Shown here piece by piece: positions 1-14,972 of a stretch of 64,000 nucleotides of DNA. Each line of letters starts with the position of its first letter. Position 1 is the first letter of the stretch. The notes below the pieces were generated by a model, which saw only the letters and a program-made list of their open reading frames with translations, made no database searches and was not told the origin of the DNA. Source of the DNA: Basidiobolus meristosporus CBS 931.73 (lineage: Eukaryota > Fungi > Basidiobolomycota); assembly GCA_002104905.1 (NCBI GenBank), contig MCFE01000127.1, positions 96,185 through 160,184 on the forward strand, in the 5' to 3' direction. The translations under genes were made by a program, and so were the position numbers.

Positions 1-600
1 ATCACATTCAGAAATCTGCCCAGTGCCGTTTCAGCGCCTGCCCCTTCTATAGATGGTGTTCCTCAGCTAGATCTTTCGCGAGCCTGTGAAGAAGTCTACA
101 TCAGTTTGGCTATGAGTGCATCTCCATGCGTGCCACTACCAATGATAAGTATGATGAACCCATCATTGGCAAATGATCTAAACCCTGACAGCTACAGATC
201 AGTTTTACTTGGATACTGCAATGGACCAATTTGTACCAAGACCCAAGCTTCTAGTCTGGCGTCGCACATTAAATCCCAATGTAGCGAAGATTTGAAAAAG
301 CCAGCATTGGTGACAACACTATTTCTTCTAGAAAACTATGAACCATTCACAGAGATGAGCTGTGCGGAGGACTCCTTTGGTGGCAACTGTCTATTGGAAT
401 ACCATGATACATACAACACGAATCCTGCTGACTTCGCCTATGATGAACTATGCACCGAATGTAGCCAATCATTGTTTGGAATATTCAACAAGTGGAGCGA
501 CCAATACTCCACATTTTTCAACCGCACCTATTTTAACCAGCTTGGTGACACTTGCCAGTTTTCCTACAGCAAGCTTATCAAAGCCACCCGCAATCATTAA
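1..600 (+). CDS. Cys-rich hypothetical, possibly secreted protein (5' end outside window)
   Basis: Frame is open from base 1 (ITFRNLPSAVSAPAP...) to TAA at 600. Spaced cysteines (C..C, YCNGPIC, QCSEDL, SC..NC, LCTEC, TC). No family recognised with certainty. Confidence 0.45.
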   Translation: MTFRNLPSAVSAPAPSIDGVPQLDLSRACEEVYISLAMSASPCVPLPMISMMNPSLANDLNPDSYRSVLLGYCNGPICTKTQASSLASHIKSQCSEDLKKPALVTTLFLLENYEPFTEMSCAEDSFGGNCLLEYHDTYNTNPADFAYDELCTECSQSLFGIFNKWSDQYSTFFNRTYFNQLGDTCQFSYSKLIKATRNH

Positions 601-782
601 TCGCGCCAACCCTCCACACTTACATCCATTCAACGTTTCTTTACTGATATGCTTCGTCACAAATATGCCAAATAAACATCCACGTGAAGTGGGTAGATTA
701 ATAATAGTGATCGAACGGTTTATTCTAGTACTCACTTCGACCAGCCCGTTAATATACAAACATCCGTAAGTGTTGTTCAAGA

Positions 783-1908
783 TTATTGTTGTTTACATTC
801 AGGAGCTTGTTGGTTAGCAGGAGCTGAGGAGTATTCTTCCTCTTCATCGTCATCATCATCGTCATCATCATCATCTTGCTCGTCGCTGTTATCTTCGTAG
901 TAGTCGTCTTCATCATCATAGTCGTCCAACCCAAATCCTTCATACTCGAGAGCCTTACCGGTGAACCAGTCAATGGCATGAGGGATGAGCTTTTCCTTAA
1001 ACTCTTCACCAAGTTCATAATCAGCCTCCAATTGCTCGCCGATATCGTTCTCCTCGTTCTCATCGAGATCCTCGGCATCTGGGACCTCGATAGGGGTGAA
1101 GAAGTTGAAGAAAGTCTCAGCGGGGACGGTTCTCTTGACTACTCTGGTCTTGTTGGTGCTCTTGTGTCTTTGCTTCTTGGTCTCAATGGTAACAGAGAGA
1201 TCCTTGCCCTCCTTCCATTCAATGACCGTGCCCTCGGCATGGTCGAAGACTAGATCGCCACTGGTAGCAGATTGTTGATAGTAGTAAGTCTTGGTCAACA
1301 CAGTGTTGTTGAAATACTCATTCTCCGAGAAATCAAACTCCAATTTGAATCCAGGGTTCTCTTCGAGGTAAGCCAGACGAATGTTGGTAAGGCTCTTGAG
1401 AGCCTCCTGATCTTGCTCAGTGATCATGTCGGCGATTTGAGCATGGTTCTTCATGGCAGACAACCAGAACTCGGGAACACCAGCGGTGCTTTGAGCTTCA
1501 TCGATGATCTCAGCTTCGCTGGATGATTCCTTGATCTCCTCAGTAAACTCTTCATCAATTTTCTTGCCAGCCTCAACTTGATCGTCTGAAGGCTCGGTTT
1601 TGCCGACAACGATGTCGTTTCTCTTTTCATAAAGGGGAGTGTAAAGACCAAGGTATTTCTTTTCCAACTCAAGGATATCTTTGTGGAACTGTGCTTCCAA
1701 TTCGGAGTGTTCAGCCTAAGGAAAGTGTGTTATGATGGAATCCAACCGGCTGCAGTAAACTAGGGAAACTCACTTGAAGTTGCTTCAAAGCAAAGATACG
1801 ACGCTTGACTGGCTCGGGGAGAGACTTAATGTAGCCTGATTGTTGGCCAACGAGTGAGCCAAGACTACCTTGGAGTTTGGCAATCAATTCAGGGCTGATC
1901 TGATCCAT
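783..1908 (-). CDS. NAP1: Nucleosome assembly protein 1
   Basis: Two exons with a GT-AG intron at ~1717-1774. NAP motifs: SLPEPVKRRIFALKQLQ, GVPEFWLSAMKN, FYFNNTVLTKTY-like, TFFNFF, acidic tail. An extra upstream exon cannot be excluded. Confidence 0.95.
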
Positions 1909-2484
1909 GACTTTAGAAATAAAGAGAAGTGGCGGTTCACGTTTGTATCGAACGGATCATGCTATTAATAATTTTCAAAGCAGGGGAGAGAATTGTTTTG
2001 TTGAGGGAAGGGGATACAAAAAAAAAAGTATCCACGATTAAAATGATTTCGTACAATCAGCAACACATACTGTCAGTTGGAAATTTCATTGACCAATGTC
2101 TATCTAAATCGTGATTTATACTTGTTGATTTGGTTCCTAATACTGACGGGATGACCAGATGCTTATATGCTGGGACTGTAAGATTACTGCGTCTTGAAAA
2201 GGGTGATTTCTAGAGCCCACCATTCACTCAACTAATATTGAGCATTCTGATGGCTCTACTAGCGACTTCTGCCAGTGGCATTTCCATGCGATACAAAGGC
2301 AATTATGTATAATTATATCAGTAAACTTTGCAGGCTGAGTCATCTCTTGATATCTGATTTTTATTTTATCCCAATTAATATCTTTAGAACTATATTTTTG
2401 ATTATTGCTGAATTTATTTACCAAGGTTCAACCGGGGAAGCTCTTGGGTTCTGCATCACGATTGACGCCATCATTGGCGGTAAA

Positions 2485-5236
2485 TCAAAGTGATTCCTCC
2501 TCGTCACTGTCCATCTCACCACTTGAGTTCCGATACAAAACTTTCAGTGGTTGAACGAATTTTGAAAGCTTGGATAATTCGGAAATGCGCACGTTCATCA
2601 AGTCAAAACTGATGCCAACCTTCGCATGAGAGTCAGTAAATACGGGAACCTGAGGATACCGTTGACTGAAGTGAGTCAGCAATAGAAAGCTAGAATTCAT
2701 TCTTCAAGGTGTGGGAATTTTGAGGTTCTGTCAGTAATTCAACAAGCGACTTTGAGGACAGAAGAATATGTACCTTGCGCTGACATCTATTGCTTCTGTT
2801 ACTGTGCTGTGACGTTTTTCAATGGCTTCTTGCTTTTTTTCATGTTCGAACGTAGCCTCATGAATAAGCAAAGTAGCATCCTTACCTAAGTGGACAAGCT
2901 TGTCACATGGGCGAGTGTCTCCAGAGTACCTAGTGAGGAATCAACATTGGCTATTGGAAATGTGCAGAAAGTGGAGAGGCTACTTACACCAACTTCCAAC
3001 CCTCGGTATGCTCCAAGCTTATTCCATAGGCCCAGGGACAATGAATTACATCAGTTGTCTTGATCTCCTTCAGGTTTAGTGCCTGCTTAAGATCCTTCAA
3101 ATGATATGGAGTGTAATTGCGCTTTTTATGATAGACAAGCTCTTCAGCATTGATAAAGCGAATGCTGCCTAATCCAATTTCTTGTACGTCGCTGTATTCA
3201 TGTAACCAAGTCTGGAATCGAAGTGGTGCTACAATGTACAATGGCTGCTTATGGGTGCTGGGTTGTAGTTCATTCCACTTATCAAGGATACGAATAACAC
3301 CAAGATGATGATCAGCATGCAAATGGGACACAAAGATAAACTTCAATGACCTGAGAAAGTCATCTACGCTTTGATTAATCATCTGATTGTGTGATTTGTT
3401 GACCCCAAGATGGCGATACAGTTGCCCGTAAGTGCCCTCGCCGGCGTCCAACAAAATTGATCCTACGTGGGGGATGATGATCGCGGTCGAGCTGACATTG
3501 CGATATTTCGATGGAAGAGATGAGCCTGTTCCCAACGTAGCTATTACCACATCTTCCTTGGAAGGTTGCGTTCTATCTATTTGTAGTTTCTTGACTGCGT
3601 TAACGTAATCCTGTCGTCTGTTCAAGAACGGTTTGAGCTCCTTGGCGCTAGGGTTGAGCGGAGGTAAGACCCCAGAAGTGTCCAACTTTTGCGTAGGTTC
3701 TGTGTGGTACACGAGTAGACTTGACGCTTCCACACAGCGCTTCGGTAGGTCGGGGATTGACGATAATTGTTTCTCAGCAACGTTGGAGAAGTATGGAATT
3801 GGGAATATCTCGCTGTCTATGTGGGATAGCTTCATCTGTGCTTTGGCGCTACCTGAGAAGGTGATAGTTTGGGCGCAATACTTGGGATGCGCAACAATAT
3901 GCTAATTGTGGAGTAAGTAAATGCAGTGTTTGCCATGCTCATGAAATAAACATACCTGGCACCCAGAGCCGAATTTTTTCATCCATTTCTGATACTGCTT
4001 ATTTTCTAATACATCATCTCCAACCAAATGGATAGCACAGTGAATGTTGAGGCTTCTACCAGAGCCTAGAAACTGTTCGAATTCGGGAGAGTTTACCAGA
4101 GAGGGGATATATGCTGTGGATGGGCAATCAACTATGATGAAATTCTACTTCAAGTTAATTGAAGACCTGAAATACCACCTGATGCCATGTATTACTTACA
4201 GTTCCGGGACGAGATGGGCCAACAACTTGCTCGGGCTTTACTACCACGCCACTGGATGTGGTAACAGACTGTCCGTTTTTCAACTTGCCTTTTAAATTGG
4301 TCAGAATACCTACTTCTGTAACGATTGAAAAAATCAACTGTACCAAAATCGGGTCCTCGTTGTACACCTAATTCTGCAGCTGCTTTAGGGTCAAATTTCC
4401 CTTGAATCGTTGGGCCTTGGCATATATAACATAGCGCGATCCGTGACCGCTCTACTCGAGGTAATCTCTCATATATCTTTCTTTCATTGGTAGGATTGGT
4501 AACCTTAGGTTTCTTACTGACCGACTCCTTTTGGACCTCCAACTGGGCCTGCTTACACATTGATATATCGATGTTTTTCTCGCCGAACATTTTCTTGAGA
4601 ACGGTTTGTCTGATACTTTCTGCATCTTCTGCCTCCCTAGCTGTGTCTGTCTCAGTTGTAGGCTTTCTTTTTCTTGATCTATCTATGCTAGCAATATTGA
4701 TGGGAGTTCCGCGGTTTGGCTGGTAATCGGGAGTAAGCTGAACTGTTGTCATAGTCAAATTTTCGTCTTTATAAGGTTCCATCGATTCATTTAAGCCAAG
4801 CTTTAGCGAAGACCTAGAGTTAAAACAGCTTAATTTTGCAATCATCAATGGAATATATTTACCTTTTACCTTTGGATGAAATGGCGGGTCGCAGCAATAA
4901 AATGTGTTAGATTGGGTCCGCCATGAAGAGTAAGCTTGGTGGTACCAGCGTCAGCTAAAGTAAGCATCATGCCTAGGAATTACATGGATTAGAATGCTGC
5001 ATCATTTGCCCAGCCAATGTTTCCAAGCTATTACCGGGAATTCCACCAGTGTTCTCCCAGTTGATTCTGGTAAAGAAAATGTTTTGAAGCTTCGCTAAAC
5101 GAACCTTCTTCTCTACACACAAACGCTGCGTCCCTTCTCCGCAATTAAACAGATAGCGCTGGGAATCGAAATGTACGACCACAGACGGGGTAACATCTAC
5201 CCCTGATGTTCCTATAATTTGAATATACGATTTCAT
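2485..5236 (-). CDS. TRZ1: tRNase Z, long form (ELAC2/Trz1), multi-exon
   Basis: [11 protein letters not shown]; [18 protein letters not shown] flexible arm; [15 protein letters not shown]; [12 protein letters not shown]; [10 protein letters not shown] (HxHxDH); [10 protein letters not shown]...VGISFD C-terminus. Likely ATG at 5236 (MKSYIQ). Confidence 0.93.
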
Positions 5237-5525
5237 GGCTATAGAGCTCTTTCCGTCCAAGTGCTAGCTCTGTATTCGCTTCGACCTTGACTTCTAAGCA
5301 TTTTTATTTTTTTTGTAGGAGCCACCACTGCTGTTATTTCATAGGAGAAGCAAATCAATATCAACATCACCCAAATTATGGTCAATCAACTTGTATGGTT
5401 AATTGGTCTCTTGTATGAAAAAGGGCGCATTTTAAAAAGGTCACCAAAATTCGAAATCTGATTTATCTCCCAAGAATTTTCTTCACGCAAGGTTCTTCCT
5501 CTTTGGCTGTACGTTTCTAGCGACC

Positions 5526-5823
5526 ATGGTAAGCTATCCCTTTACAGTATCCATCCATCAACCATGATGCATATAAGTGGTATTCGATTGGAGTACGGTG
5601 ATTTTCCATTGAAAGAATATCCCTTACTTGCTCATGCTTTACTTGGCCTCCTCTAATTAATTATACCTAGCCTTCCCAAAAGTCTTTCAAGGTCAAGCGC
5701 ATTCTTGGCAAGAAGCAAAAGCAAAACAGACCCATCCCCCACTGGATCCGTTTGAGAACTGACAACAAGATCAGATACAATGCCAAGCGCAGACACTGGC
5801 GTCGTACCAAGTTGGGACTCTAA
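5526..5823 (+). CDS. RPL39: 60S ribosomal protein L39 (missing from ORF track)
   Basis: ATG 5526-5528, intron GTAAG..CTAG 5529-5670, exon 5671-5823. Product is 51 aa: [51 protein letters not shown]. Confidence 0.97.
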
Positions 5824-6245
5824 TTTAGTTCATTTAACTATTTGGCTTCTTGGGTTGTGAACATTCTTTGCGCTTATATATATCTTAAAGAATGGGAATA
5901 ATTTGAGATTCTGGTTATCAAACACTAAGATGGTCGTCAAAACAACCATTGATGATATCTAGGGTTTTTAATGCCCAGAAATAAAGTCTTCAAACCTAAG
6001 CAAATCCACGTATACTCTTCTTCAGTAGAGCGAAATTCTGTAATAAAACGGCTGACTGTTCAATACTTGAATTTGATCTTACAAAACCAAATTTACTGGG
6101 TTAACTGGGATGTGATTTCAATCCATTGCCATCAATTAGATGGCCTAGGTATCCTATATAAAATACTCCTTTATAATGTTTGTGATAGTGTGACTATTCA
6201 AGTTTGAAATAATTCCTTGTGCTTAGCTCATTCACCCTTGAATAA

Positions 6246-9200
6246 ATGGAGCGTGCTGACTTGAAGATTCTGACAGATACTAACTTAACAAATACGTCAA
6301 AACAGATAGCCCACTTCCAATCCGCTCCCGATTCACCTGCCTCGCAAGTTTCTGCTCTTTCAGAGTTAAATTCAGACAATGATTCCACTCTTGTGATAAC
6401 CACTTCACCAACTCAGGAAAATTTTCACCAAAATGGAATCTCCGTTGACCATCAAAGCAACGCTAGCACTAGCTCGAACGCTTATATGAATAGTTTTTCT
6501 TCTGCTTTTGAATCCGGAGACTCCCAGAACGAAACTGTACATAGAAAATCATTGTCTGAGAACCAACAGCCACGAACTCCGGCCGAATTTGTCCTGGAGG
6601 CGATTTTCACAGAGTTTGGTAAAACGGCGGAGCGAAAAGTCGGCGAGTTTTTACGGAATGAACAGGTGATGACCCCTTTTTGAGTGTTTTCTGGACCTTA
6701 GCTAAGACAATCCTGTAGCAAAATGAATCGGAATTCGTCAGGCTTTTGTGTAGTGGTGCCGACCAAGCTTTTGACAAACTTTTACTCTCGTTGGGGCTTG
6801 TTGCCCGATACCAACCTAGCCCTGTAATAGAGTCTCTAATACTCTGGGAGCGAAAGGTGAACGAAACGCTGGAAATACCCAGTAAAAAGCGGTCAATGTA
6901 AGTGCATGGCATCTACTTCCTCAGTAGATAAGGCATATTTCACGTCTCAACGATAGGGCGTTCTAATTTTTCAAACATATTCAAGGAGAGAGGTTACTGC
7001 AATGGCTACAGCAAATATGTTAAAGCGCCGGAAAATGGTTAGTATTACAAAGGCATGGCCGACCAATTGTACCTTGCTCTAATGTTGTGCTGATGTTATT
7101 GTAGCTTATCACGAAGTTCATATTATGTCGAGCATTGATAGAGGTGATCAAGCAGTTGAAAGCCGGGTCACTACCAAATGATCTTGGGGTTAGACTTGAA
7201 GAAGTTGTATTTCATCAACTCAAGTCGGCTGAACCGTATGTAACATTTGCTATGAATGCTAAATGGGATACTCGAGCTTACAGAATGTAATACAGTGAGG
7301 CTCTGATAAGATCCCCTGCGTACCGAGCCATAGTCAATCTATATGCAGAGTTAATAGGATGGCTTTCAAATATTCGGTAAGGATTACGTGCCTTTACATT
7401 CAACTGGCCGGCTAATGTAACGTTAACCTTATTAGGTTTACTTCTATGAGTGATCGATTTATTGCAGAGCTAGAGAAGGAGCCACAGGGCGGAAGAGAGA
7501 GCTCATACGAGTTGATTATCCGTGGTATGAGATGTCTAAAGCTCAAGGTCAGTCTTATGGCATATCTGCCTTTGGTCATATGTAGATGCTTATCTTTGTC
7601 GGCTTTACAGATATACCCCGCTGATGCTTTAGAAGAAACTGCTGATTTCCTCCAGAGTTGCGGAAAATTTTTCAAAACTACTCGTAGCATGAAAATAAAA
7701 CATGCTTATGCGCAGGTGTTCGTGGAAATGCTCGCTCCTATCGCTGCAGTAAGTAAACAAGAGCCCAAGTTTGTTTTTGGGTTAGAGGGTTAACGAATAT
7801 GTATAATAGGTTGCTTTAGCAGAGGTAAACATTCAAGCCTGGATTGAGACAATAGATTGCATATACCCAAAGGCGTTCAAGATGTGTACAAAGCTTCGTC
7901 ATTGGGATGTAAGGTTTTTAGCATAAATGCTTCCATTCACCATGTACTTAACATACTGCTTCTGTAGGTAGCTTATCCGTTGATGTCTATTCTTTTATGC
8001 GTCAGCCGGAAGGAGTTCTTTCTATCTAAGTGGTGGGCCTTTCTTGACTCTTGCATACAAAGGTTTAAGGTGAAGTTTGAATCTTCAAATTAAAGTGTAT
8101 ATTGGCATCAATTAACATTTCTACAGGATAAAGGGTCGCGGCAGATGGCATTGACCTGCATTACCCGTTTGATATGGGTTTATCTAAATCGTTGTACTGA
8201 AAGCGCAAATAATGTGTACAAAAAACTAGAATCAATTTTGAAAATCCTTTTCCCCTCCGGACGACGACAAATCAACCCTCCAGACACCTCTCTTGATGAC
8301 TTTATTCAGATCATCCATTATATATGCCTCTGGGACTCAAATAATGTGATGAAGTACATCTCGTCAATACTTATTGGCTACGATGATATCACGGCTTTAG
8401 ATCTGTCTATTGAAAACATCTACCCCGAACGAGCGGTTATTGCAATCAAGGCGTATCTTCTGTTTCTTTCAAGTTTGGAGCGATCTGAATATCGACCCCC
8501 ATTCCCCAAAGGAGATAGCGGATATGTCTCCGATTCGACCTGCTCGTCACAACCTAACACCGACGTTCTTTCAGCGCAAATTTTGAACCGAATTGGCCAG
8601 AAAGATTCGCTTGAGCAGATGAACAAAATCATGGGCAAAGTTGCTACCATCTTGGATCAATCATTTGGCGGTATGCTCTTATGTGACGAGCGCTATCTCA
8701 ATAATCGAAACACCTCCGCTACCAATGCTATTGCGGGCGCAGTAGCAAACGCTGCGAAAGAGTTAACCTACGAAGTGCAACAAACCTATGCTCACCTCTC
8801 TACGCTGACCGTATCATATATGAAAGATAAGCAGCCCTATTTTGACCTGATGAGGGCATATATCGAGGCAGCACCCAGATGTATGCCGGCTGGGATATCA
8901 CTTCAAGCATTCATCGAAATGCTTTGTCGGTATACAGTTCATGTAGATCCCAACCTTGGTCGAGCCTCCAATGAAGCCTTAATACGCATTGCTAAGCAAT
9001 GTGATGCATTGAAAGTAGTAGCAACGTTCTCCAGGTTTATAACGAAGATAGAAGATCGATTCGCGGAATTGCTAACGTGTGGGCTTTGTCAAAACAACAA
9101 GGAATCAGGTGCAATTCTATTAAATCTATATGTGCAATTACTCAAAGTTTGGCAAGGTGATATCGAACTTCTATTTGGCCAGCAGAAGGCGGAAGAAGCT

Positions 9201-12200
9201 GACAATAGCAAATACAATCAAGTGTGGAATTTGATTGCGGAGACCGAATCGAATGGGTTGTTCTACTTGTGTAGTCAATCACCACTAATTCGAAAGTACG
9301 CTATCGAGATTTTAAGACTTTCAGCTTCATTTGATAAAATGATGAGCCTGGGTGAAAACTCTGCGACTAGTGGCGATACAGATTATCTGCTTCAGAATCA
9401 GCAGGCGCAAGTTCACATCATCGATATCCTTGAAAACGAAGGCCACAATATTGTAAAAACCTTTGGGCGAGGACGAAATCTCACCAGCACTTTGCAGGTC
9501 ACTGAGCAAGTTCGTAAACAACACCAGCAAGAGTCTACGAAGAATATTTTGATATCTATCGCTTCACAAAATGCTTCCGAAGATATGGCAATATGGGCTC
9601 GGTGTTTCCCTGCATTAATTACGAAGTGCTATGACCAATGCCCTATAATTGTTGCGCTCACACAAAATATCATATGCTCTAGATTACTCTCTATGCAAAC
9701 CCTTGTGATACACACTGCCGAAGCTCACACCAAGCCGACTAATGTAAACAATTCTAGTAGACCGAGCTTACCGAGTCTTCCTAGTAGATGGACATCGAAG
9801 GCTGTGCGAGTTAATGACAAATATATTGAGCAATGGAAGATATACCTAATATTCACGTGTTTGACCATTGCCATGGCTGACGACTATACGCAAATCAATA
9901 CTATCGTCCGAAGAAAACGTTCAGCCTTCGCCAGTATCGAGAAGATTTCTTCAGCCCGTGATCTCTTCAGAATGGTACTACCATTTCTTTCATCCGACCA
10001 AACACTGATACGAGAAGCAGTTGTCACGGCATTGGGCCACATCAACGGCAATGCGTATCGCGTATTGTTAGAAGACCTCCAGCAGTTTGCAAAGAGCGTT
10101 TTCGAAGATCCAAAAAGCAAGAACAACCAGAAACCAGGCCAAAACAAGCGTAACAAACGAAACGATCGTTTGCGTACCGAAATAGCCCATGTTTATCAAC
10201 AGACTTCCCACTATCTACAAGACACCAACCATTTGCATGATGAGTTTGTCATGGACGCCATTGTCGGTTTTGTGAAAGAGTGCAAGTCATTTCTTTACGA
10301 TCCTGAAGTTCAGACTGATTGGGAATTCCAAAAACTCCGGGAGTATTTTTGCGGATTAGTGGAGAAAGTTTACAACAGTATTATACTTCTTAGCGAGTCG
10401 ACTAGGTATATTTCCTTCGAACTAAGAATCTCTTTGTTCAAAATGCTTGAGGATTGGTGCGGCCATGGCCAACATAGCTCTACTACACGAGATCGCGAGG
10501 CAAAAATGATGTTGACCGTACTGGATCAATACAAGGATTTCCGGGAGCGTGGTGCGATGACTACCATTATGGAAGAGGAGCGAAAAGGGCTAGAAAGTGC
10601 GGCACTGAAAGCGATGGCAGCTCTATGCGTCAGTAGTAAATTCACACATGTGTTTCGCACAGGATTCTAATTTTCATGTTTAGAAAGGGCCTATTACTAC
10701 CTCGATTAGCCGTACCAGATCTAAAAAAGGAGTTGCATCCTTCGATGTAGTGGCTCTGTTTCGATGGATTAATTCTGTTTTTAATAGCCCAGACGGCGGG
10801 GTTCATCATATTGCCAAGTATGTATTGATCTACTGAATGTGTGGCCATTTCTTAGTGTTAATCGGAATTTTCCTTTAGGTCAGCTTTAGAATCGCTGCTG
10901 GTTCATAATCAGAAGCATCCGCTGCTTTTAGAAGATGTCGTGCATGAATGCTACATAGGTAATCCGAACCTAAAATCTACTCAAGGTTGCTTTTCGGTTC
11001 TTGCAGACGTACTGGCACAGACAGACAGCTATCCTTATTATCCTTATAAGATTATCTGCCTTGCTCTTTTCAAAATTGCCGATCCTAATGTAGAGATCAG
11101 ACTTCATGCAATCAAACTCTTGTGTTCAGTGGAAACCCGATTTGATTTAGTTCGCTGCGCACGAGATTTTGAGAACACGATTGAAAGTCATCTGCCTACT
11201 ATCTACAAACAAGCCCAGTCAGCGCTCTCGGGGAAATTAGCGCGAGACCACCCAGAATTAACGTACGAGCTACTATCCGAATTGGTCATGCGGTTTGAGT
11301 CGGTGAATGCAAATGTGAAGAGGGATACGTTGCTCATTTTAATTCCGTGGATTCGAAATGTCACTCTTGAGTTTTTCAGTGATGGATCAATATCAGGGCT
11401 CTCGATCATGGTATTGACTAATCTGTTCTATATAACCATTAAGCATGGAGACGTATATTTCAAAGAAATAGAAACGATATGGGCGGAACTTGTCACTGGC
11501 AGTAATACACAGAATATGAAGGTGATCCTTACGTACCTATTGGACCTCGGACTAGAAAAACGAAATCCAGGCTTCGTTGTGCACGCTAAAAAGATCATCA
11601 TCTTTCTCGGTAGAACGTCAGCCGCTACTAACATGATTAATGAATTCATCGCAACTATCGTGCCAGAGACATTGATCCCGCACTTTGTCTCATCTCCCAA
11701 CCATCAAACTCGTAAGAAATCTTCTTACTTGTTTGTTGCCAATATCGATGATGTTCTGGTTCTCTATCCTAAACGTCCTGCGTTTTCCAAGGGGCAGTTG
11801 GCAATCATTCTATTAACTGATCTTGCTATCGAAGTTGAAGGCCTACTCAAGCCCCATCTACCGATTCTATTACATGCCGCTTGTGCTCACCTGAATCATT
11901 TTATTACTCTTGTGAGCGAACAAACAAGACAATTAATGATTAATCTGATTCATTCCATCATTATCGACAAGTCCAATAACCAGGCTACAATAGACAAAGC
12001 CATCAATTTCTGCCTGAAGCTGAAGACCTCCCCACTTCAAGAAAGACAAGAGCTAAAACCGGTGGATATCTCAGAAGTAGTGAGCGAGCTGACGGAAATC
12101 TTAGTTGAAGAGGATTTCCAGATTCGTCAGAAATGGGGTATGATATCGCTCAACTGGGCCACCTGTTGCCCAGTGCGCAACATCGCATGTATTTCTTTTC

Positions 12201-13591
12201 AAATCTTTAGATATTTGATGCCGTCCATGGATATGACCATGTTAGCCGACATGCTTGCCCGTCTTAGCAACACCGTTTCGGACACTTCAGACGAGATCCA
12301 AAGCTTCTGCCTTGAAATCCTCTATACTCTTCGAAAAATCGTTGACAATGCTGAGGTCTATTCCTCACCCCAATTACCGCACATATTTTGGGCCGCCATG
12401 GCGTGTCTCTGCACTATCAATGAAGACGAGTATTCTGAAGCGCTAGGGATCTTTGATCGAATGATAGAGAATATGAGCGAAAACGATCGCCACTGGACGC
12501 AATCATTAGAAAGCAGGTTCCCCGAAGAATGGGATGGTCAATTCCCAGGGTTGCAAACCCTACTGCTGAAAGGCTTAATATCGTCGAAAGTTCAGCCACA
12601 GGCTTTGTCTCTCATTAATAGACTTATCACATTCGACGACTGTTGGTTGATTGACCCATCCGAAGGAAGAATGCTATTTGCGATCTTGGCAAATTTACCC
12701 ATTATTATGGACGCACTAGACCAACACACCAACAATCCATATCTCGAAATCACAAACCTACTTGCTACGAAAGCCAACGCATGCGGGTTGGAGAGTATTG
12801 GCAGGGTCTTATTGATGTATGGACGAAAGCGGTATCGTGCTAAAGAAGATTACTTACGTCAGATGTTTGGAGTTCTGAAGGATGCATATTTCCCCAAGTA
12901 TGCCTCGGATGCGATGAAATTTCTGCTGGAGCTGCTCCCAAATCAGAATGACGCGATTAAGAGGAACACGTTGAAAATCCTCAAAGTGGCTTTTCCTTAT
13001 GTTGACTTCCTAGATCCGGTTGGAGGTACCGAGGAGGATAGCTTCGTACTTCTAGCGCCTCTGTTACGATTGCTTCAAACCGAGTTTGCGGAGGAGGCTT
13101 TTGCTGTCTTGGAAGAGGCGATGCACACCTCATCAACGGCAAGCACCTCCAAGACCAGCCAGGCGAGCAAAGTGACCACAGGGCATGTCATCTCCTCACT
13201 GCCATTCTCCTCTAACGGGCAAGAACGGTTCACCTTTGCTGTCGACCACGCTTCTGGATGGTGGATTCGATACCCGTTGTATACAGCTAAACAAACTCGA
13301 GCAAACGTGATAGCAGTGGTTCACGCCTGTGCTTTGGAATGTGTCGACAAAGTTCCGTACTTTTCCCATTTTCAGTTTTCTGTCCAAGATCACTCAGAGG
13401 ACTTTACATCCGCAAGCGCAATGATTGAGAATGCGGAACTCTCAGCAGATAACGTTGATCACGAAAAAGTTGTGCTTGGAGACGATGAACACGAACGTCA
13501 ATACCAAGCTATGATTGAAACGCTAGACGAGCTGGATATCTTCTTCGAACAAGAAATCCAGAAGGATGACGATGAAATATCACCTGATTAA
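6246..13591 (+). CDS. TAO3: Cell morphogenesis protein Tao3/Pag1/Mor2 (Furry family), multi-exon
   Basis: Large HEAT/ARM-like protein: RTPAEFVLEAIF, ESSYELIIRGMRCLKLKIYP..LEETADF, LNWATCCPVRNIACISFQIFR, LADMLARLSNTV. GT-AG introns join the track ORFs. Confidence 0.9.
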
Positions 13592-14972
13592 ACTTGAAGC
13601 CTTGTGCAGCGAGTAAAAGTATAGCGAAACGATACCCAAGCCCGCCAAATAGAGGACATTGATTTCTTTTGTATCAAACGGTTCCATCAACTAGCATTCA
13701 CGCAATTGGAGCCAGGACAATCAGTAATATAGCAGTCAAGAGAATGGTAGATAGATATAAATAAATGAAGGACCCCGATTTTTTTACGAAGATTGATTAA
13801 AATCTTTTCTAATAAACCCATGAATGAAGTGAAAACATCTCTTGTGCATACCTTTTGACAACTTCCCGGAGTCTTCCGTTGTTGATGGTGACAACGAGGA
13901 GTATGAAATACATGGACTCCACTGGGACAAGCTTGAGACTCATTAATTGGCGTATAAGCATATTATGGTGGAAAAAAGGTTGCTCCTTTGCTTCGGTAAC
14001 AATCAAATATTGGCAATATTCGGTGGTACAGAGAAGGATTTTTGATCAAGAACAACTACGGTTAATTCACATTATCGCTTTGAGCTGCTCGGGATAGTCG
14101 ATATTCTGTGATGCCCTGAGATCGATATCCACCATTATCAGTAATTAAGAGACCTCTGAGGTTGTCTTACGCCTTGGAGTCGGGCAAAGGAACGAGTTCC
14201 TAAGTCAGTGTTATTTTGCAGTCAAATCTGTTGACGGAGATGGTAGTCTTTTAGTTGTTAATGCTTTTGTTGTACTGAATATGCGATAAGTGTAAGTATT
14301 AGTAAGGTTACACTCGCGGGATGCTTTGCAAGATCCAGTTATAGGGTAAAGATAGTAGTTGAACATTTTTAATAGCAAAATAGCACAAATCACGCCCTCA
14401 ATTGGATTGACTTGGATAGCTGGTGACAAAAAATGATGCCATATTCCTCTTCGTCTCTCAGAAGAGATAAGATCAACAGCGTATTGCAAACCTTGGCACA
14501 TAAAGCATAGAACGAATCGAAGGAACGCGGGTCAACCATGCTCCTGAAATGCATAGTGGTGAATTTCTCAGTGGAAGCGTTCAAGCTGTGAGAAAGCGGT
14601 ACTTAACATCTCCAATATGTTCAAAGATATGTTTTGGATCGTGGTTCGAGGTGTACAAAAACTAGAATTACTGCAGACAAGCTTTGCTGGAATGTAGTTG
14701 AAGCGTTAATAAGTTGTGGATCGATCCCCAAGTGTGGTAGCGGAAACGCTTCGTCATTTGGTGTTTGAAGAGTCTTCGCTCGCCATGGATTTTTCGGAAT
14801 GAGAACCATGTTTGTACTATTTAACACTAAGCCTGCTGGACTGTCAAAATGCTGGATGGACACGTGCATATACACAGTTTTGATGTATTGGGATTAATTT
14901 TATTCCCAGATAAGCAACTCTTTCTACTAAACATAGAGCACTTCATACACTTGACTCTACCTTTCGCACAAA

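Noticed and set aside
844-875. (GAT/GAC)n-like trinucleotide run, plus RS/SD repeats at 41100-41400 and 43140-43277
   Set aside because: These encode the ordinary acidic tail of NAP1 and the low-complexity termini of CWC22.
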